A stretch of DNA of 20,000 nt, from IMG/VR virus record IMGVR_UViG_3300010158_003181; one strand, given 5' to 3'. Positions 9,047 through 16,774 of this stretch are shown here, one piece after another. The stretch's first letter is position 1. Every line of letters begins with the position of its first letter. The translations under genes and the position numbers were made by a program. The notes under the pieces are model-generated. The model was not told the origin of the DNA. It saw only the letters and a list, made by a program, of their open reading frames with translations, and did no database searches. This DNA comes from an uncultured virus (IMG/VR IMGVR_UViG_3300010158_003181) (taxonomy: Duplodnaviria; Heunggongvirae; Uroviricota; Caudoviricetes).

Positions 9047-9054
9047 TATAAATA
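9047..9054 (+). promoter_or_regulatory. T4-type late promoter motif TATAAATA (rightward, carbamoyltransferase-GT9 cassette)
   Basis: TATAAATA at 9047-9054, 24 nt upstream of ATG 9079, followed by SD-like AGGA at 9068-9071. Confidence 0.75.
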
Positions 9055-9078
9055 TCGAGAACAAAATAGGAATTTAAC

Positions 9079-10917
9079 ATGGCTTGGATAGCTGGTATCA
9101 CACGTGGACATAATGGAGCAGTGTGTCTTTTAAAAGATGGAAAAATAGTATTTGCTATAGAAGAGGAAAGATTAAGTGGATTTAAATACGATGGATCTCC
9201 ACTACTTGGAATGTCATTAATACAAAAATATACCGACAAACTCGATTATTTGGTAATTACAGGTACTTATTCACTAGCAGGGGATGTTTATAACCGGTTG
9301 GAGTGGACCGAGGAAAATATTTATGCAGGTTATGCTAGGAAATTAGGGCTAATTGATCGAGATATTACCAAATCAAAAAATACAGAACATCCTGATTCAC
9401 AAGTCATTGACGTTGGAACCCAACATCATAAAATGCATGCCTCTTGTGCATTTTATAGGTCCGGATTTGATCAAGCAGTTGCAGTGATTTTAGATGGTGG
9501 GGGATCAGGATTTACATTGCTAAATTCAACTAATAGCCGTGTATTTGAAGTAGAAACCATATTTAAATGTTCATACCCAAATACATTTACAACTCTATAT
9601 AAACACATGGCCGGATCTGGTCCATTTAAAAATAATAAAAGTTATGATTTTAAAGATCCACTCGAATATGATCATGCTCCCCAAACAGCAGGCACTGGTA
9701 TTCTTAAAGTAACTACCAGTGCAGGTATTGTCAAAGCATACGAAGCAGTCACTGAATTCTGTGGTTGGCAAGGCATCGAAGCGGGAAAAACTATGGGATT
9801 ATCCCCTTACGGAAAATCAAACAGCCTTATACCACCAATATATACCAAGGACATTGACGGATTTTATTGCGGTAATAAATCCATGTTTACGCCTAACTAT
9901 CCGCAAACTGCATTTATAGATAATGATATGAGTATCATGTCAGATACATTTTTATCTAATGAGAAAGATAAAACAGTATTACAAGATCGAAGAGACATGG
10001 CATATGCTGTTCAGAAACAAAGTCAAGAAGTTGTGCTAAATCTCATACTTAGGGCTGTGGAAATGTCTGGTATAAAAAATGTAGTATTATCCGGTGGGTA
10101 TGGATTAAATTGTGTGGCTAATTATTTTTATCTCGAAAAACTAAATGAATTAGGTATTAATTTGTATGTTGAACCAGTGAGTACTGACGCTGGTCTCAGC
10201 GTGGGTGCTGCATTATATATGCATCATAAATTAGAAAAAACTGAAAAGCCATTACCACGTGATACTAATTTATATTTAGGCATTGATTTTACATATACAC
10301 CTGAACTGATCAATCAGTTGGTATCACAATATAATGGTGTTGAAGTATTAGAAAACATTCACAGTGATCAAGTTTCTCAAATTTTAAGAGATAAAAACAT
10401 TGTTGCATTATTTCAAGGATCATCTGAAATTGGGCCACGAGCATTGGGTAATCGAAGTATTATATTTGATCCAACTTTTAAAGACGGAAAAGATTTTGTC
10501 AATAATGTAAAACGCAGAGAATACTTTCGACCATTTGCTGGTAGTATTCTACACGAACATGTAAATGAATGGTTTGATATGCGGGGACTTGAAGAAAGTC
10601 CCAATATGATGTATGCTGTAAATTGTCAGCCAGGTGTTGAAGAAAAAATTCCCAGCATCATACACATTGACGGCACCTGTCGAATTCAAACAGTAAAACC
10701 TCAGCAGAATCCATTATTTTATGAGTTGATATCAGAATTTTATAAATTGACAGGCGTTCCCATTTTATTCAATACCAGTTTTAACCTCGGTGGAGCACCC
10801 ATGGTTGAAACATTGCATGATGCAATACATACATTGGTAAACAGTGATATTGAATATCTCTACTTACCAGAATATAAGATATTAATAACAGCAGAAAATC
10901 AACCCGAGGAATTTTAA
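9079..10917 (+). CDS. Carbamoyltransferase, NodU/CmcH/TobZ family (612 aa)
   Basis: N-terminal Kae1-like domain motifs: GHNGAVCLLKDGKIVFAIEEERLS..KYD, HHKMH..AFY.SGF, LDGGG, EAGKTMGLSPYG, LSGGYGLNCVAN, TDAG. C-terminal YrdC-like domain motifs: SEIGPRALGNRSI, VKRREYFRPFAGS, HIDGTCRIQTV, ILFNTSFN..G.PMVET. Confidence 0.95.
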   Translation: MAWIAGITRGHNGAVCLLKDGKIVFAIEEERLSGFKYDGSPLLGMSLIQKYTDKLDYLVITGTYSLAGDVYNRLEWTEENIYAGYARKLGLIDRDITKSKNTEHPDSQVIDVGTQHHKMHASCAFYRSGFDQAVAVILDGGGSGFTLLNSTNSRVFEVETIFKCSYPNTFTTLYKHMAGSGPFKNNKSYDFKDPLEYDHAPQTAGTGILKVTTSAGIVKAYEAVTEFCGWQGIEAGKTMGLSPYGKSNSLIPPIYTKDIDGFYCGNKSMFTPNYPQTAFIDNDMSIMSDTFLSNEKDKTVLQDRRDMAYAVQKQSQEVVLNLILRAVEMSGIKNVVLSGGYGLNCVANYFYLEKLNELGINLYVEPVSTDAGLSVGAALYMHHKLEKTEKPLPRDTNLYLGIDFTYTPELINQLVSQYNGVEVLENIHSDQVSQILRDKNIVALFQGSSEIGPRALGNRSIIFDPTFKDGKDFVNNVKRREYFRPFAGSILHEHVNEWFDMRGLEESPNMMYAVNCQPGVEEKIPSIIHIDGTCRIQTVKPQQNPLFYELISEFYKLTGVPILFNTSFNLGGAPMVETLHDAIHTLVNSDIEYLYLPEYKILITAENQPEEF

Positions 10918-11999
10918 TGACACGACCACAAGCATATTTTATCAACGGCGGTGCCGGAAGAGTAATTGCATCTATACCAGCTTTTGAAAAATTAGCCGAG
11001 ACTAACACAGATTTTATAATTGTATGTGAAGGTGGCAGTGACATGTATCGGGGTCATCCCTTATTAGATCAAAGAGCATATGATCATTGGCATAAAGGAA
11101 TATTTGCAGAGCAGTTAAAACATAGAGATTTAATTACACCAGAACCATATCGTGTATGGGAATATTATAATCAAATGTGCAGTCTTTCACAGGCTTTTGA
11201 TATTGCCATTAATAATAAAGGAATACGTAAATTACCTGCACCCTCTATTCATCTTAATAAACTTGAAATAGCAGAAGCATACCGATTTATGCAAGAAGTA
11301 AAGACCAGATCGGGATTTGAAAAAACTATAGTTATACAACCATTTGGTCGAAGTGTTATCGCTAATCACGGAATGATTGTTGATCCCAGTTCAAGAAGTT
11401 TTGCTCAGAATGATTTAATAGATATAGTCAATTCCTTAAAAAAGGAATACGGTGTAATTGTTATGAGCGAATTTGGTAATATTACAGGAATTGAAGCAGC
11501 TACTCCAAAAATACCGAACATTAGGATATGGGCTGCAATTATTGAACTAAGTGATTACTTCCTGGGCTGCGATAGTGTGGGACAACATATGGCAAGAGCA
11601 TTGGAAAAACCTGCTACAGTTGTTATCGGATCTACTTTTCCTATTAATGTGAGTTATCCAGATTATTCTAATTTTACAATAATTGACATTGGTGAAAAAC
11701 AAAGAATATATAGCCCAATTAGAATATCACAAGAAGATGCCATTGAAAGACATAATGATGCATGTATGGAAATGTCCGATGAAGATAAGAGACAAATTGT
11801 GAAATCTATTAAGAATAAACTTGGAAAATCAGTTAAATCTGCTGTAAAACCGTCTGTGAATGCCAATACACAGATAGATAACACCCATATACATAATCAT
11901 GGGGTAAATCCCGTTAACAATGATTTTAAATTAAATCCACTTTCAGAAGAATTATCAAATAATTTTCCAAAATTAGTTAGCAGTCCAAACTTGTCTTAA
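10917..11999 (+). CDS. GT-B glycosyltransferase, GT9 (heptosyltransferase)-like (360 aa)
   Basis: N-terminal GGAGRVIASIPAFEKL resembles GT9 GD.v...p....L. Central IVIQPFG and YFLGCDSVGQHMARALEKPATVVIGST resemble the GT9 DSgpmHlAaAlg.P.v.lfG motif. The start overlaps the upstream stop (TAATG), with GAGGA as SD. Confidence 0.72.
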   Translation: MTRPQAYFINGGAGRVIASIPAFEKLAETNTDFIIVCEGGSDMYRGHPLLDQRAYDHWHKGIFAEQLKHRDLITPEPYRVWEYYNQMCSLSQAFDIAINNKGIRKLPAPSIHLNKLEIAEAYRFMQEVKTRSGFEKTIVIQPFGRSVIANHGMIVDPSSRSFAQNDLIDIVNSLKKEYGVIVMSEFGNITGIEAATPKIPNIRIWAAIIELSDYFLGCDSVGQHMARALEKPATVVIGSTFPINVSYPDYSNFTIIDIGEKQRIYSPIRISQEDAIERHNDACMEMSDEDKRQIVKSIKNKLGKSVKSAVKPSVNANTQIDNTHIHNHGVNPVNNDFKLNPLSEELSNNFPKLVSSPNLS

Positions 12000-14348
12000 T
12001 CTAGTAATCATTTGAGAAGATCCTAATGGTGCAGCTGGATTAACATATGCACTGGTTATAAATATAGCCGAGCTGCCACCAACTGCCCCACTTCCCGGAC
12101 CACCCACATAGAAACTGCTGTCGGGATTAATAGTCAACGATGCACTAATTACTGGGTTATTATAGCTCATATAACCGGTAGGAATTGCTCTAACTCCAAC
12201 TTGTTGATATTTACTATTATTCAGTACCGGTATTAGTAATCCAGAATCAAAATCTTGTATCCCAAGATAATAATTAGTATTATTTCCAGCAAAACCGTAA
12301 CCTGCCAAGGAGTTTAGATTATTAATGGGTTTAAATCTGTTGTCTTTGAAGAATATTTTTGATGTTGCTTCAATTACAATAACATCGATTGCACGATTTG
12401 TAAGCGAACTGGCATTACCAGTTTGACCTATTGCTTGATAGGGAATTGTAGCGCCTGCGGCCCAACTGGAGGTATTGGGATAATTGTATAATGGTACTTC
12501 TAATAAAACACTGGTGTTGGTATAAACAAAAGATATAGTTCCTGTTGATACCAGTGGACTTATATTTCCAGTGATAGTTGATGCTACTGTGATAAGGGTT
12601 CCATATAAGGGTGCAAGATCTGCATATTGAGAAACTATGGTTGTTGCTGTATTTACAAATTGAATAGTGCCAACATTATTAAAATTATTAATAGATGTAG
12701 AAGTTGAAACACTATTATTGCCACGGAACTCACTATCTTGTAATATTAATAAAGCAGTTTCAGTGGTTATTGCATTAATATTCGTAGCACTAGTTGTGGT
12801 AGTAGTGAATGGTATTGGCGGAACTGTAAATGCCCCAGTATATACTGTATTGCCCACTACAAATCGCATATTTGATATATAACCAGTCGAATATGCGCCA
12901 AGTGTTGAAGGAGCACCTATGAATATATCACCACTTGACGTAGTTAATGCCTGATTGTCGGTTCGAGTAACTCCCACAGCACCATTAACAAATATCCTGA
13001 ATGCATTAGCACTGTTTCTGGCAAAAGCATAGTGGTTCCATCGGTTAACAGAACCACTAAGCGTTGATAATCCCATAACGTTGAGTGCAGAACCTGTGCC
13101 TGCAATGTTCATCTGCGGAGTTATTCCGTTGACTAGCCAAAATGACCAAGTTGCAGTACCAGTATTAACAGCATTATTCCTACCAGCTAGATAAAAAGCC
13201 GATGTAGACACTGTATAAGCCCAACACTCGAAACTAAATGGTACACTTGCACCTATATTATATCCAGCTTGGTATGGTATAGTTAGATAATTAGTGGCGG
13301 TACTATCGAATACTGCTGCAACGTTAGTACCAGTAGTTGATACACAGGCCAATAATGCAGTATTTGATGTTGATACACTGGTAAATGGCATACTAACTGG
13401 AGTCACTGCTGTATTAGTAAATGAGAACGATGTGGTTGTTGAATATAATGCTGTACCTTTGACCAGTCTAAAATGGCTAATGCTTCCCGACCAATAAGCT
13501 GTTGTTTGATTTGTTCTTCCCGCGCCTATACGTAAAACATCAGTTTGATTTAAAGTAGCAGTTGAAGTAGCAGTGGATTGTCGTACACCATTGACGAACA
13601 ATGCTGTGGCGCCGGTGCTGGTTGACGCTCTAGAAACCGCAACATGATACCATGTATTATCTAATACCCTAGTACTTCCAGTAATTGTTACAGCAGTATC
13701 ATTATAAACTACCACGCTGGCAGTTGATACGTATATAGTCCACCCCGTACCCGTGATACCTTTTGCAGCAAAGGTAGATGATGTAGAAGTTGTAGTTCTA
13801 TATAGCCATCCGTCAATGGTAAATGCACCTAAACCAAAACTTAGAGTAGTACCGGATGTGGCTTCAGTTACACTTAAATATTGAGTAGTACCATTAAATG
13901 ATGTTATACCTGTACCAGTTGTAATAGCCATGGCGGCAACGGCACCACCAGTACCATTAATTGAACTTTTTAATTCTGTCCAATTTTTTGCCCTACGGTC
14001 ACCAAATGTGATATTACCCTGTACTTGCCTACTATTTGTTAAGTTTGATAACAACAAATTATTAGTAGTCGTAGTAACAAGTGTACCGGCACCATAATAA
14101 AAAGATTGAGTAAGACCACTGGGAGTACCCGATGGCGTAAAAGATAACGAATTTTGAGTCGAGGCAGTAGTCCCTTGTACAAAAACGTTGAGCTCATTTA
14201 ATTGAGGTTGATATGCAATTGTGGGAAAAGCACTTGAAGCGTCTTGTCCCTGCGTATTCCTTTGGTCCAGAGGTCCCCATTGATTCTTGCCGCCCGGTCG
14301 CGTACCGTAATCAATTTGAAAGTTTGATAGTTGTAACTCTCTAGACAT
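11973..14348 (-). CDS. 791-aa Thr/Ser-rich virion protein with two LamG/concanavalin-A-like domains
   Basis: SFNGTTQYLSV..AFTIDGWLY..WYHVAVSR..LFVNG..YWSGSISHFRLVKGTALY (~13900-13350) and VFDSTATNYL..FSFECWAY..WNHYAFARN..IFVNG..GYISNMRFVVGNTVY (~13320-12740). Confidence 0.82.
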   Translation of the reverse strand: MSRELQLSNFQIDYGTRPGGKNQWGPLDQRNTQGQDASSAFPTIAYQPQLNELNVFVQGTTASTQNSLSFTPSGTPSGLTQSFYYGAGTLVTTTTNNLLLSNLTNSRQVQGNITFGDRRAKNWTELKSSINGTGGAVAAMAITTGTGITSFNGTTQYLSVTEATSGTTLSFGLGAFTIDGWLYRTTTSTSSTFAAKGITGTGWTIYVSTASVVVYNDTAVTITGSTRVLDNTWYHVAVSRASTSTGATALFVNGVRQSTATSTATLNQTDVLRIGAGRTNQTTAYWSGSISHFRLVKGTALYSTTTSFSFTNTAVTPVSMPFTSVSTSNTALLACVSTTGTNVAAVFDSTATNYLTIPYQAGYNIGASVPFSFECWAYTVSTSAFYLAGRNNAVNTGTATWSFWLVNGITPQMNIAGTGSALNVMGLSTLSGSVNRWNHYAFARNSANAFRIFVNGAVGVTRTDNQALTTSSGDIFIGAPSTLGAYSTGYISNMRFVVGNTVYTGAFTVPPIPFTTTTTSATNINAITTETALLILQDSEFRGNNSVSTSTSINNFNNVGTIQFVNTATTIVSQYADLAPLYGTLITVASTITGNISPLVSTGTISFVYTNTSVLLEVPLYNYPNTSSWAAGATIPYQAIGQTGNASSLTNRAIDVIVIEATSKIFFKDNRFKPINNLNSLAGYGFAGNNTNYYLGIQDFDSGLLIPVLNNSKYQQVGVRAIPTGYMSYNNPVISASLTINPDSSFYVGGPGSGAVGGSSAIFITSAYVNPAAPLGSSQMITRLRQVWTAN

Positions 14349-14365
14349 TTGTTTTCTTAAAAATG

Positions 14366-16576
14366 TTAAATTTCAGAAACAGTAGCTACAATTTTTGCAT
14401 AAGCAGCAGATATTAAGTTGATTGTAACAGAGGTATCTGTTGACGCCGAGGATGTTACAGTTGCAAAATATGTACCATCACCGAACGTTATACCCGGATT
14501 GGCTGTTTGACCAATAACTGACAATGTCACTGGTTTAGCCACTCTGGCACCTAGATAATTATACACGTTAACAAGTATGCTACTAGACACAGTGGTTCCA
14601 GTGTATACAAAACTGGTTGCTGTGGTAGTAAGTGAAATAGTTTGTCCAACATCTGATGTTATAACGTCAATATAGTTAGAAGTATAACCGTTGTTGCTAA
14701 TACTATTGTCAAAGACTTGGGCACACCATCTAGAATCTTTATCTTTAAATAATCTAGCAGCCGCATATGGCATGGTATTTTGATATTGATAGATACCTGT
14801 GGTTATATTCAATGTCATAATAATATCATTAGAGAATGTACAACCTACATACAGGGTATTCCACATTACACCAGTTGGATACGAAGCAACATTTCCCGGA
14901 TCTAATGGACAAAAATATCTAGGACCAAACTGGGCGGTCGATACATTGCCCATATATTTGGCATAAGAACCAGCATCAGAAATTTCCCAGCTGTATATTC
15001 TAAACATATTTCCTGTACTTGCTGCGTTGTTGAAACCAGTTGCTGCCAATACTAATCCTGTTCCGTTAGTGTTGTATACACCCATATGTAATCTTTTAGT
15101 ACCGTTTGAATCAATACTGATCCAAACACGATGCACTGTTTGTCTACGAAAACTCATATTATCCAATTGTCCACGACCATTATTGAGATATCCACTATTT
15201 GAATAGATTTGCTGTTGGTCACTTATTGACATAAAGCCAGAGTTATCCGAATTTTTCAATGCATAGGTAGAATAGGTAGAAGTGCCTCCACTGTTGTTTA
15301 GTGTGATTCTAGCAAGAGTAATACTACCAGTGCTTGATGGAGAGACAGCAGTAAAATCATTTCCATTAAAATATAATTGATAAAATCTATAACTTGAACC
15401 TTCTGTATCTTGATCTGGATTCGATGGGGTAATAAACCCACCTAGACCCTTGTTGATAGAGAGAATGGTGGTAGTACCACCACTGGCGCTATACGCTTTT
15501 AATTTTAACCGCTGGAGATTGCCTGTATTTGTGCTGCCATCAGATCCTTGAATTCCTCCAAACAGCGAATTAAAATGCATATAATAGGTATACTGATTAA
15601 TGTTGGCTAGGAATATTCGACTGCCAAATTCAACTGCCTGATCAGCCGTGGCGCCGGCAGGCTTACCACCCAATTGGAATGTTACTCCATTGATGTAATT
15701 CTGCTTGCAGCAGGCCAAGACGGTATTACAAGATGCTGATATAGTAGAGAATGTTGCTAAATTTCCCTGGTCACAGGTACCATAATAGAACTGATCACCA
15801 GTTGATGTAGTTCCAGAGTAAACCCCGAGTGGTTCGTTTCCTCCAGCTGTATATATATCGGTGGCCAGAGTTATGGGGGAGGCGGTGAGGCAGGAGCATT
15901 GTCCGGCGCTATACTGGCAAGCCGAAAAGATAGTTGATGTAAAAGTACCACTTGTTTGTTCCGTTACATTAGTGGTAGTGGAACGGGTACTTACACACGT
16001 ACAACCGCAGCCACTCGTGATGCTGACGAATTGTTTAAATATGCTGTTGGGAACAAAACAATTAAAACATCCAGTTGGATGTTCTATTACTTGCCAATTG
16101 TATAGATTACTGCAATATGTGTAAGTGGCGGTGGTGCCCACGGTAGAAAGATAATCATTGGTCTGATCAGTATAACCACACACACATCCGCATAAACAGG
16201 AAATACCTGTACTATCTTGAACAGAGAATGTCAACGGTCCAAGGCAGCTTGTATTCTTAAAGGTCCAAACTCCACTAGAATTATAGGTGCCAAACGAATT
16301 AAATTTTGCAGCATTATATTCTCCGGAAAATCTACTACCAGCGTGATCAAACGGTGTCATTCCCAGGCTGGGTTCAAACACACTGGGAACTGTAATAGGA
16401 GCCAAGGCCGCGCCGCATCGACTGGGGGCACAGGTATATTGATAATTTCCCACTTGTTCAACGTTGTTTGTTGTAAAATAAAATTGACCGTTAACTGTAT
16501 AGTTAGTTCCTCTATACCCGTATTGGACCACTTGGTCCGCGGTTGGGGGCAAGTATCTCTGATAAAATTTTGCCAT
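14366..16576 (-). CDS. 736-aa hypothetical virion structural protein with Cys-rich N-half and beta-rich (possibly Ig-like) C-terminus
   Basis: Long uninterrupted ORF with AAGGA SD, abutting the upstream stop codon. About 20 Cys in aa ~49-290. The C-terminal ISLTTTATSFVYTG..ILVNVYNYLGARV..VTL looks like an Ig-like beta-sandwich (tentative). Confidence 0.7.
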   Translation of the reverse strand: MAKFYQRYLPPTADQVVQYGYRGTNYTVNGQFYFTTNNVEQVGNYQYTCAPSRCGAALAPITVPSVFEPSLGMTPFDHAGSRFSGEYNAAKFNSFGTYNSSGVWTFKNTSCLGPLTFSVQDSTGISCLCGCVCGYTDQTNDYLSTVGTTATYTYCSNLYNWQVIEHPTGCFNCFVPNSIFKQFVSITSGCGCTCVSTRSTTTNVTEQTSGTFTSTIFSACQYSAGQCSCLTASPITLATDIYTAGGNEPLGVYSGTTSTGDQFYYGTCDQGNLATFSTISASCNTVLACCKQNYINGVTFQLGGKPAGATADQAVEFGSRIFLANINQYTYYMHFNSLFGGIQGSDGSTNTGNLQRLKLKAYSASGGTTTILSINKGLGGFITPSNPDQDTEGSSYRFYQLYFNGNDFTAVSPSSTGSITLARITLNNSGGTSTYSTYALKNSDNSGFMSISDQQQIYSNSGYLNNGRGQLDNMSFRRQTVHRVWISIDSNGTKRLHMGVYNTNGTGLVLAATGFNNAASTGNMFRIYSWEISDAGSYAKYMGNVSTAQFGPRYFCPLDPGNVASYPTGVMWNTLYVGCTFSNDIIMTLNITTGIYQYQNTMPYAAARLFKDKDSRWCAQVFDNSISNNGYTSNYIDVITSDVGQTISLTTTATSFVYTGTTVSSSILVNVYNYLGARVAKPVTLSVIGQTANPGITFGDGTYFATVTSSASTDTSVTINLISAAYAKIVATVSEI

Positions 16577-16762
16577 TTATTGTTCTTCCTTATTCGTTAG
16601 TAGATAACCATAATCTTGAAATGCCCAAGTTCGAGCTTCTTCTTCACTGGTCCATGGTTGTTGAGTTGCTGGATTAAATGGTTGAGTAGCCATCCTAACC
16701 TTAGTATCTGTTAGATTTATGTAAGCAATATTGTTTATAAATTCAAATTCGTGACTTGTCAT
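16577..16762 (-). CDS. 61-aa hypothetical protein (QPFNPATQQPWTSEEEARTWA motif)
   Basis: GGAG SD 6 nt upstream of ATG. It fills the gap exactly between two large same-strand genes, and its stop abuts the next ATG. Confidence 0.75.
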   Translation of the reverse strand: MTSHEFEFINNIAYINLTDTKVRMATQPFNPATQQPWTSEEEARTWAFQDYGYLLTNKEEQ

Positions 16763-16774
16763 TTTTTCTCCAAT

